Below are positions 1 through 7,685 of a stretch of 64,000 nucleotides of DNA, piece by piece; position 1 is the stretch's first letter, and each line of letters begins with the position of its first letter. The position numbers and the translations under genes are program-made. Source of the DNA: Thermodesulfobacteriota bacterium (GTDB lineage: Bacteria > Desulfobacterota_D > UBA1144 > Nemesobacterales > Nemesobacteraceae); NCBI GenBank assembly GCA_965116075.1, contig OZ220467.1, positions 2,308,849 through 2,372,848 of the forward strand. The letters are read 5' to 3'. The notes under the pieces were generated by a model. It ran no database searches, was not told the DNA's origin, and saw nothing but the letters and a program-made list of their open reading frames with translations.

Positions 1-8
1 CGGAGGTG

Positions 9-1121
9 CTATGTTTCCTCTCTACCCGGCAATCTATAACTTGTGCTACGCCCGCCGCCGGGGTTTTGAATGAAGATGCCTCGCTCTTTCAATTCCTGAA
101 TATCCCGCAACGCCGTATCATTTGAACACTTGGACAGCTTTGCGTATTTCGAGGTGTTTATAAAACCCTCAAAATCATCCTCAAGCATGCGGTTAATGAT
201 CAGTCGCTGCCGATCATTAACAGACTTTTGATTAATCATATCCCAGAGCTGCGCCTTGAACAGAACATTGCCAAGCGTCGTTTCGGCATTGCTAATGGCC
301 CGGCCAAGACAGTCCAAGAACCATGACAGCCAGTTCGTGATATCGGGAGTGGCTCGTTGTTGTCTCTCAAGCTGATCGTAATATTGCTTCCGCTCTGCCT
401 CAATTTGGGAGGAAAAACTGTAAAAGCGATCCTGCGTGCCATCTGCACGCGCTAAAGCCATATCACCAATCGCTCTGGCAATCCTGCCATTGCCATCTTC
501 AAACGGGTGAATTGTGACAAACCACAGATGTGCAATGCCTGCTTTGATCACAGGGTCAATGTCATCTCCACCCTCAAACCACGCAAGAAACCTCTCCATT
601 TCTTTTTCAAGATGCTCAGCGCTTGTAGCTTCAAAGTGAACCTTTTCTTTTCCGATAGGGCCAGAAACAACCTGCATGGGGCCAGCATCAATAGTACGCC
701 AACCGCCAACGGTGATTTTATGCATGCCGCTTCGTCCTGTTGGGAACAATGCCGCGTGCCAGTCGAACAAGCGACCCTTTATCAGTGGCTTGAAAAATTG
801 TTGCGTAGCATCCAGCATCATCTCAACGATACCTTCAACCTCCCGGCTTGCAGGAATAAGTCCGGCAATATCAATCCCAAGCCTACGAGCAATGGATGAG
901 CGCACTTCTTCCGGATTGAGGTTCTCGCCCTCAATAGCAGAGGATTTAACCACATCATTGGTCAACGTGCTTAAAGAAGCTTCACGCTTGAGTTCAAAGC
1001 CAAGGCTCTCCATACGACCGAGCAAGCGACCTTGACGATGGCGTACATCAACCAGCTTGGAGGCAAGTGCTTCCGCATCCCATGAGAAGTTTGGCCAGTT
1101 TTGATGTTGATGAATCCACAT
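9..1121 (-). CDS. fic: Fic/DOC family protein with C-terminal winged-helix-like tail
   Basis: ORF 9..1130. The translation contains the canonical Fic motif HPFEDGNGRIARA. The ATG at 1121 (MWIHQHQNWPNFSW) is preferred over the GTG at 1130. Confidence 0.9.
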   Translation of the reverse strand: MWIHQHQNWPNFSWDAEALASKLVDVRHRQGRLLGRMESLGFELKREASLSTLTNDVVKSSAIEGENLNPEEVRSSIARRLGIDIAGLIPASREVEGIVEMMLDATQQFFKPLIKGRLFDWHAALFPTGRSGMHKITVGGWRTIDAGPMQVVSGPIGKEKVHFEATSAEHLEKEMERFLAWFEGGDDIDPVIKAGIAHLWFVTIHPFEDGNGRIARAIGDMALARADGTQDRFYSFSSQIEAERKQYYDQLERQQRATPDITNWLSWFLDCLGRAISNAETTLGNVLFKAQLWDMINQKSVNDRQRLIINRMLEDDFEGFINTSKYAKLSKCSNDTALRDIQELKERGIFIQNPGGGRSTSYRLPGREET

Positions 1122-1123
1122 AT

Positions 1124-1223
1124 TAATCACCGCATTATTTAAGGTGATTATAGGGACTATTCACCGCAATGTCAAGATTATTCCCAGCACAGAATACGGT
1201 GAATGTAGCCACTAATCACCGCA
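1124..1223 (-). promoter_or_regulatory. Array of (A/T)ATCACCGCA-type half sites upstream of fic (putative operator)
   Basis: Three direct copies of AATCACCGCA / ATTCACCGCA at 1125, 1159 and 1214. Two 8-bp inverted pairs: TAATCACC(1124-1131)/GGTGATTA(1143-1150) and ATTCACCG(1159-1166)/CGGTGAAT(1197-1204). Confidence 0.35.
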
Positions 1224-1364
1224 AAGAAAAACTAAAGGGTAAGCAGTTGTGCGTTACTTTGCCTGAAATAACGACGGAATAGCGGGTAATTTGGTTTCAT
1301 CCTTTTCCAATTCACATAACATGAGACAAGTTCATCACTGACAAGCTATTTCCTTTGTAGTTAA

Positions 1365-1455
1365 TGGCGGAGGGAGTGGGATTCGAACCCACGAGGGCCT
1401 AAAAGACCCCACTGGTTTTCGAGACCAGCGCCTTAAACCACTCGGCCATCCCTCC
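1365..1455 (-). tRNA. tRNA-Ser (anticodon CGA), CCA encoded
   Basis: The reverse complement folds as a class II tRNA. Acceptor GGAGGGA/TCCCTCC, anticodon stem CTGGT/ACCAG with loop CTCGAAA, a long variable arm, and a T arm GTGGG-TTCGAAT-CCCAC. It ends in GCCA. Confidence 0.9.
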
Positions 1456-1553
1456 TACGATCTAGAAAGACAGGCTACCAAAGCCTAACGAGCAAGGCAA
1501 CACTACCCGAAAAAAGTTCAGTTATTAACTCTTTTGTGTAAAATTAGACCAAA

Positions 1554-4067
1554 ATGAAGCAAAATCACTTTACTCCCGAAGCCGCAAATTCCATAAAACA
1601 GGCAATAGAAGAAGTTAACGGAAATGAAGTCTTTTTCGTCGGGAAAATAAATGAAGACTCCCTAGTTTACGAGGTTCAGGTTCTGGCCCGGGGAAACCGG
1701 GTATCTGTTCCTGCCATCATAGATAAAGCAGGACCTGGAACCGTAGTCATTCATAACCACCCGTCGGGAAACATGGATCCTTCTTCTAAAGATGTCACGG
1801 CCGCCTCGATTTTCGGCAACAAAGGAACCGGTTTTTATATAGTGGACAACAAAGTAAAAGAAACATATGTCGTGGTTGAACCCTACGTCCCAGGAGAAAT
1901 CGTCAGGCTTGATGAAGAATCTGCAAAAGAGTACCTTTTGCCAAATGGTTCCGTAGCTGAAATTTTTGGAAAGAAATACGAATGTAGAGATGAGCAACTT
2001 AAAGTCCTATCATATGTGGTCGAAGCCTTTAACGATGAACGTCTCTCAATGATAGAGGCAGGTACGGGCACTGGAAAAACTTTTTCCTACCTAATCCCTT
2101 CTATCCTCTGGGCTATCAGTAATAAGCAAAGAGTATTAGTATCCACAAACACCATCAATCTACAGGAACAGTTAATAAACAAGGACTTACCTATTCTCCG
2201 AGATATCTTCCCAGAAAAATTCGATTATGGCCTCATCAAAGGGATGAGAAACTATTTCTGCATTCTTCGCGGTGAATCGGTAGAAGAGGGGCTGCTTGAT
2301 TTTATAGATCAAGGAGAAAAAGGATCAATAAAAGATGTTCTCAAATGGTCAAAGACCACTTCCTCTGGATCTATTTCCGATCTAAGTTTTACCCCCTCAA
2401 ACGAAGTATGGGACAGAGTGTCCGCTGAAAGCGAGAGTTGCCCAGCAAGCAAATGCCCGCATTATTCGGACTGTTTTTTCTACAGAGCAAGAAGAGAGAT
2501 TTCAAGAGCATCTGTTTTGGTTTCAAACCACCACATGCTTTTTTCTGATATAGCTATAAAGGGTGAATCCGGTACAGACTCTAGCTTTGGATTAATCCCC
2601 GCATACTCTAGGGTGGTGTTTGACGAGGCGCATAATATAGCCGAGGCCGCAACATCCCACTTCAGCCAGAAACTCACCCTCCACGCAACCTTAAAAAATC
2701 TCTCAAGAATTCGGGGCACAAAAAAAGCAGGTAGAGACAAAGGATTTGTATCCTACATCACCCATTTTGCAAATAAAGAAACCAGCTCTTCTGTTAGAGA
2801 AATTCTTACAAACTCAGCAACTGCCCTTGCAAAAAACGCAGAACAAGTAGAAGCAAGAAATGAAGAGGCCTTTGTCTCGCTTTACTCGCTAGGTTGCAAA
2901 CTCTCTGGTGAAACCCAGATAAGTTTGAGACTCACCGAAGATATTGAGAAGAACAAAGGGTGGGGTAGTGTGAAAAAGTATTTTTCATCTCTTGAGAAAT
3001 CCCTTTTTTCACTCGAAAACGAGATATCGCGACTACTTGACATTCTGGAGAGTTCACCAAAGAGAGATTCTTATATAAAACTCACCGCAGAACTCGCCGG
3101 AGCTGGGAAAAGATGTTCTTCTTCTCGGGAGATATTGACCAGGTTTTTCGGGGAAGCAGATGAAAATTACGTCAAGTGGTTCGAGGGAGCACAGCGTGGC
3201 AGAGTAGTTTTCTGCTCTATTAATCTTTCACCACTTGATGTGGCTCCAGAACTTGAGAAGAAACTCTACGCGAAAACAAAAACAGTTGTTATGACTTCCG
3301 CGTCGCTTGCAGTAAACAAGAATTTCGATTTTCAGAAAAAAAGCTTAGGTCTTTCGAGTAATAACAGATTCAGAGGAGTCCTAGTGGAATCTCCTTTTGA
3401 CTACAAGACTCAGTCCCTACTCACCGTGCCAATTGACATCCCTGATCCCAGAGAGAAGAACTATGAAAATCACCTAGCGAGCGTAATATCAGACGCTGTT
3501 TCCATAACTAATGGAAATGCTCTTGTCTTATTCACCTCATACGCATCGCTTAACAAGGTTTACGAAGAAACAGGCACATTACTTGCGAAAAGTGAAGGTT
3601 TTTCTACTACTCTCTTCAAGCAAGGAGAACTGCCGAGAAACCTGCTCTTAGAAAAATTCAAGACACTTGGTAATTCTGTTCTTTTCGCCACAGATAGTTT
3701 CTGGGAAGGTGTAGATATTCCTGGAGACTCACTCAAGTTGGTAATCATATGCAGATTGCCCTTCAAGGTTCCCACAGACCCAGTCACAGAGGCAAAAATT
3801 GAGTATATGAAAAATCGTGATATTGATTCTTTTCGCGAGTATTTTCTTCCTCACGCAGTGCTCAAATTCAAGCAGGGTTTCGGAAGATTGATACGCACAA
3901 AAACAGACAAGGGAGTGGTGATGGTTCTTGACAAGCGAATTGAGTCAAAAAACTACGGTAGATTTTTTCTAAACTCTGTTAGTGATAGCGATTTTTTCTC
4001 CGGTAGGACAGAAAAGGTACTAGAACGGATACGTCAATTTTTTCTCAATAACCGTACCATCAAATGA
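1554..4067 (+). CDS. dinG: RadC-like JAB/JAMM domain fused to a DinG/XPD-type Fe-S DNA helicase
   Basis: 837 aa. The N-terminal ~110 aa carry HNHPSGNMDPSSKD (HxHx7SxxD). The remainder has Walker A GTGTGKT, a DEAH box (FDEAHN), and a Cys cluster (FCIL..SCPASKCPHYSDC) typical of the XPD/DinG Fe-S domain. Confidence 0.85.
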   Translation: MKQNHFTPEAANSIKQAIEEVNGNEVFFVGKINEDSLVYEVQVLARGNRVSVPAIIDKAGPGTVVIHNHPSGNMDPSSKDVTAASIFGNKGTGFYIVDNKVKETYVVVEPYVPGEIVRLDEESAKEYLLPNGSVAEIFGKKYECRDEQLKVLSYVVEAFNDERLSMIEAGTGTGKTFSYLIPSILWAISNKQRVLVSTNTINLQEQLINKDLPILRDIFPEKFDYGLIKGMRNYFCILRGESVEEGLLDFIDQGEKGSIKDVLKWSKTTSSGSISDLSFTPSNEVWDRVSAESESCPASKCPHYSDCFFYRARREISRASVLVSNHHMLFSDIAIKGESGTDSSFGLIPAYSRVVFDEAHNIAEAATSHFSQKLTLHATLKNLSRIRGTKKAGRDKGFVSYITHFANKETSSSVREILTNSATALAKNAEQVEARNEEAFVSLYSLGCKLSGETQISLRLTEDIEKNKGWGSVKKYFSSLEKSLFSLENEISRLLDILESSPKRDSYIKLTAELAGAGKRCSSSREILTRFFGEADENYVKWFEGAQRGRVVFCSINLSPLDVAPELEKKLYAKTKTVVMTSASLAVNKNFDFQKKSLGLSSNNRFRGVLVESPFDYKTQSLLTVPIDIPDPREKNYENHLASVISDAVSITNGNALVLFTSYASLNKVYEETGTLLAKSEGFSTTLFKQGELPRNLLLEKFKTLGNSVLFATDSFWEGVDIPGDSLKLVIICRLPFKVPTDPVTEAKIEYMKNRDIDSFREYFLPHAVLKFKQGFGRLIRTKTDKGVVMVLDKRIESKNYGRFFLNSVSDSDFFSGRTEKVLERIRQFFLNNRTIK

Positions 4068-4077
4068 AATCTTTTCG

Positions 4078-4470
4078 ATGAACTTAGAAAAAAACAATGA
4101 GAAACAATCCACAGAAAAACGGTTGGAAAAAACACTTGCAAAACTCAGAAATTCAAATTTCCGCTCGGGTTTCAGACTGAATTCAAAAGAACAGAATTAT
4201 CTTAGGGAAAAGGGACTTTCTGTCATTCTTCGCCACGGAAAAGATTTCATCGAAAAAAGACTTGCCCCCGCCGTTCCGCCAAACGATGGAAAGCAAACCC
4301 CTTGGGGAGGCCACCCAGTGTTTCGGGCACAGCACGCAACTGCTACATGTTGCCGAAGTTGTCTTTTAAAGTGGCATGGGATATCGAAGAACAAAAGACT
4401 AAACGCAGAAGAAAGAAATTATGTTGTCAACTTGATTAGATTGTGGCTGAGCCGGGGCGGACGACTTTAA
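4078..4470 (+). CDS. DUF4186-like small protein
   Basis: 130 aa. The signature NDGKQTPWGGHPVFRAQHATATCCRSCLLKWHGI matches my recollection of the DUF4186 family. It starts 10 nt after the dinG stop. Confidence 0.65.
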   Translation: MNLEKNNEKQSTEKRLEKTLAKLRNSNFRSGFRLNSKEQNYLREKGLSVILRHGKDFIEKRLAPAVPPNDGKQTPWGGHPVFRAQHATATCCRSCLLKWHGISKNKRLNAEERNYVVNLIRLWLSRGGRL

Positions 4471-4772
4471 TATCAATTTGATTGCAATCGGCAACTACCG
4501 TAGTTCAATCAGGAGGAATTTAAAAACAGGAAGTTGATACAACACATAAAACAAAATATGGAAAAATAGAGTGCTTTGAATAAGTGTCACTAATCTTTGC
4601 TACCAAAATAGGTTTTGTCGACAACAAATTTTAAGATGTTCGACGCATGGATAGTTATCCAATATGATAGGTGTAAGTACTGAGAATTTGATTGAAACTT
4701 GAAAGAATTCAACTAGGATAACATGAATTGAATCGCTCCGAATTTTGATGGGCACTATTCTTCAATAGGCGT

Positions 4773-5684
4773 GTGAAAAAACCAAAAACTTTATATCTGG
4801 CCAATTCTTATGGATTTTCTTTACACGGAACTTGCGGAACAATTTTGAGATAAGGCATTGGTATTATTGATAAAGTAGAAAAATAAAATGTTCTTTACTG
4901 GACAGGTTTTAGTTTAACCCCAGATGAGTCAGAAACAGCGTGGTCGCCTTTGAATAGTACATGCAATCCTTGAATAACTTTGGATGAACATTTGGATAAA
5001 CTAGAGATGGTACGTTTATGGGCTTTTCTGTTTTTCGATAGGACTCACATAGCACGATAGCGGGTGGAGAATTTCTGTTTGGGATGCGATCTACATACAT
5101 GCACAGGATAATATATAAGAAAATGAAGCCTGTCAAGTGGAAAAAGCAAATAAACTACAAATATACATGGACAGAATATTACACGAAAAACAGATAAAAG
5201 TAAACTAATATGAATAAGTTACACTCAAAAAAAGGTAGATTTTTCCCGCAAGTTCAGTTTACAGCAACGAGAAGGTCCTCTGAAGGAATTGGTAAAAGTT
5301 CTGAAATCTATGGGAGCTGAAGTGTGGGAACCGTTTTCTCGAAACAATCAAGTTGATAAAGCGGTTGCAGGCTGGGCATGGAGAGTGGGACAGTTAGATC
5401 TTCAAGATGTACGCAGTGCTGATGGGTTATTCGCGGTTGTAAACGGGTGTCCTCCGGATGAAGGAGTCATGGTGGAATTAGGCATGGCTATTGCTTGGAG
5501 TAAACCCGTATTTTTGTTCCGAGATGACTTTCGTAGATGTACAGACAGCGAAGATTATCCGCTCAATCTTATGCTGTTTTCTGGAATGCCTGAAAAGGGA
5601 TGGAACGCTTACTTATATGGTTCTGTAAAAGAACTAACCGATCCACATAAGGCCCTGGTAAAATGGCTTAATGAAACTGACTAG
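4773..5684 (+). pseudogene. Nucleoside 2-deoxyribosyltransferase-like gene split by MITE-1
   Basis: The 5' piece runs from GTG 4773 to 4825 (VKKPKTLYLANSYGFSL). The 3' piece is ORF 5289..5684, whose frame is open from 5259. Removing 4826-5257 plus one TTTACA copy joins them in frame (..GFSLQQREGPLKELVKVL..). Confidence 0.75.
4826..5257. mobile_element. MITE family 1, copy a (432 bp)
   Basis: 12-bp terminal inverted repeats CGGAACTTGCGG / CCGCAAGTTCAG (11 of 12 match). Flanked by the direct 6-bp duplication TTTACA (4820-4825 and 5258-5263). Near-identical inverted copy at 14412-14842. Confidence 0.85.
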
Positions 5685-5713
5685 CCCGACAATGGTCTCT
5701 TCTCAAGGATTTC

Positions 5714-6082
5714 TCACGGTTTCTTCAAGAGAGCGGTGAAACCCTCTTGCTCAAAATGCCGATCACTCGTCAAAACTTCCGTGATTGACTTCTTTTCCAT
5801 GATGACCATTGAGATACAGTCCTGCAAACTGTATTTTTTGTCAAGTCGTTTCTCATATCTATCAAGCCCTTGAAAAAACAGAGACCGAGTCTGTGGGATG
5901 ACCGAAATATTCGGATTATTCATTATAGATCACACTGCTTTTGTGGTTCTTTTTCGAAAATTGGGATCATATGAAAGACTCGTGAGAAGTTCCATCAAAA
6001 CTACATCTGTCGTCACCAGAAATACATCTCCCAACAAACATTTAACTTCTTTAGCTACATTATGCCATTGATCACATGGGTT
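5714..6082 (-). pseudogene. PIN-domain (VapC-like) remnant with in-frame TGA, N-terminally truncated
   Basis: ORFs 5714..5923 and 5930..6115 share one frame and are separated by a TGA at 5930-5932. LVTTDVVLMELL and LTSDRHFEQEGF resemble PIN motifs. The 5' end runs into the MITE-2-like terminus at 6083. Confidence 0.5.
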
Positions 6083-6145
6083 GAGGCATCTACGCTGTCT
6101 AAAAGGGATATGCATATCAATGGGTTTTAGAAGGGGTAAAAAACC
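6083..6145 (+). repeat. Left-end fragment of MITE family 2 (degenerate terminus GAGGCATCTACGCTGT)
   Basis: 6083-6145 aligns by eye to the first ~63 bp of MITE-2 (compare 26614-26676). This includes ATGCATATCAA..GGGTTTTAGAAGGGGTAAAAAAC. Confidence 0.6.
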
Positions 6146-6353
6146 GACACCAGTTGGTAGCCTTTTGAACGTTTTTGGGAATAAGATCTTTTTAGTTCAC
6201 CCATTAAACTGTGAAGTGCAACAAAGCGAGGTATAATATTACTCAATCCAAATCTATTCTTGTTTATATCCTTTTCCATTTTCTCAATTCTACTCTCATA
6301 CTGCTTTATCTGATTTTCATGCAATCCTATTAACTGCTGAAGTCTGTCAGCTA

Positions 6354-7579
6354 GTGTTGCGTCAAAGGCAGCATTTTGTGTATAATGTGTTTTAAGGCGA
6401 GGGATCTGTGTTCCGAGTCATCTTTCCACAACAAAGGAGGAGGAACCATGAAGAAGTACATTGTGCGCCTGTCGGAGGCGGAACGCAAGACCTGTCAGGA
6501 GGTCATCGGAAAACTCAAGGGTAGCAGTCAGAAAGCGCGCAGGGCGCGAATTCTGTTGCAGGTTGATGCGGATGGGCCAGATTGGTGCGACCACTAGGTC
6601 GCGGAGGCATACGGTTGTTGGGAGCACACCGTCGCGAACGTGCGCAAACGTTGCGTGCTGGAAGGCTTTGAGTTAGCCCTCAACGGGCGGCAACGAGACC
6701 CATCCACCTGGCCGCCGAAGCGTCTGGACGGGCGGCAGGAAGCCGCGCTGATCGTGTTGCGGCTGGGGCCGCCACCGGCTGGCTACGGCCAATGGTCACT
6801 ACGTCTGCTGGCACGCGAGGCGGTTGAGACCGGCATCTGTGAATCGATCAGCCACGAAACCGTCAACAAGACATTAAAAAAAACGGCATTGCGGGGCGCT
6901 ATCTGCAGTACTGGGTGATTCCGCCGAAGGCGGACGGGGAGTATGTGGCGGCCATGGAAGATGTTCTGTCGACCTACGATGAGCGACGACCAGTGGTCTG
7001 TATGGACGAACAGCCGGTACAGATGGTGGGGGAAACCCGCCAGCCATTGCCTGCAACCACGGAGCATCCGCGTCGTGTGGACTATGAGTATCAACGTGCT
7101 GGCATGGCCTCGGTGTTCCTGTTCTGTGAACCGCTGGCAGGTTGGCGTACGGTGACGGTGCGAGAGCGGCGCACCAAGTTAGACTGGGCGGAGGAGGTGG
7201 CGGCTCTGCTGGAGAGCCGCTATGCAAACTGCGAGATGGTCACGCTGGTGCTGGACAACCTCAACACGCACACGCAGGGAGCGTTGTACGAGGCTTTCGA
7301 GCCGGAACGGGCGCGGCGGCTGAGGCAGCGCATCAAGTTCCAGTATACTCCGAAGCACGCGAGTTGGCTGAACGTGGCTGAGTGTGAGTTGAGTTGTCTG
7401 ACGCGGCAGTGTCTGAAGGGTCGACGGATCGGGGACCTAGGCGAGTTGCGGGCCGAAGTAACGGCGTGGTCGCAACGCGTCAACGCAAGCCAGCGTGGTG
7501 TGAACTGGCGTATGTCGGTTGCCGATGCCCGTTGCAGACTCAAGTCTCTCTATCCAAAAATCATTGCTTGACGGAACAC
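6354..7579 (+). mobile_element. IS630-family insertion sequence (1226 bp)
   Basis: Terminal repeats GTGTTGCGTCAA (6354-) and TTGACGGAACAC (-7579). TA duplication at 6352-6353 and 7580-7581. Visibly more GC-rich than its flanks. Confidence 0.85.
6448..7571 (+). pseudogene. IS630-family DDE transposase, inactivated
   Basis: HTH part MKKYIVRLSEAERK.. An in-frame TAG at 6595-6597 falls where homologs continue (..DWCDH*VAEAYG..). There is a frame change at the A8 run near 6878-6886 (..LKKNGIAGRYLQYWVIPPKAD in the shifted frame). The DDE core is in ORF 6915..7571. Confidence 0.85.
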
Positions 7580-7625
7580 TAGGCTCATAGTATTTCCTCC
7601 TTGGATATGTTCTTGCCATTATATC

Positions 7626-7660
7626 AAAAAAAAGCCCCGCAGGGGATAACCTGCAGGGCC
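7626..7660 (-). terminator. Rho-independent terminator of RTX paralog 1
   Basis: The minus strand reads GGCCCTGCAGG-ttatc-CCCTGCGGGGC followed by T8. The same hairpin follows paralog 3. Confidence 0.7.
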
Positions 7661-7685
7661 GTATAAAACTCCGTATCAAGATTCT

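Larger units (their letters stand above)
6127..7588 (-). pseudogene. Small coiled-coil protein gene downstream of RTX paralog 1, interrupted by IS630
   Basis: ATGAGCC at 7588-7582 follows an AGGAGG ribosome-binding site. The ORF continues at 6353-6127. Removing 6354-7579 plus one TA gives an in-frame 77-codon ORF (MSLADRLQQLIGLHENQIKQYESRIEKMEK..). A homolog lies at 57751-57990. Confidence 0.6.

Noticed and set aside
1365-1455. tRNA-Ser could be the attachment site of an integrated island containing fic or the JAB-DinG gene.
   Set aside because: I found no integrase gene next to it. By eye, the tRNA 3' half is not repeated elsewhere in the window. A computed repeat search was not possible, so this remains unsupported and not disproved.
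4909-5136. A 75-aa ORF conserved in both MITE-1 copies (also 14532-14759) could be a small MITE-encoded protein.
   Set aside because: There is no ribosome-binding site. All three differences I noted between the two predicted proteins (R/H, V/L, S/Y) are non-synonymous, so nothing suggests purifying selection. It is most likely a chance ORF in AT-rich repeat DNA.
6083-6126. An alternative frame reads ..ISLLDSVDAS.., which looks like the missing N-terminal LLDT block of the PIN domain.
   Set aside because: That peptide is encoded by the MITE-2 terminal repeat itself (GAGGCATCTACGCTGT), so the resemblance is coincidental.
6461-7582. Many overlapping ORFs on both strands lie inside IS630 (for example 6874-7227, 7142-7381 and 7220-7543).
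   Set aside because: The high GC content suppresses stop codons in all frames. Only the frame set with HTH and DDE motifs makes biological sense.
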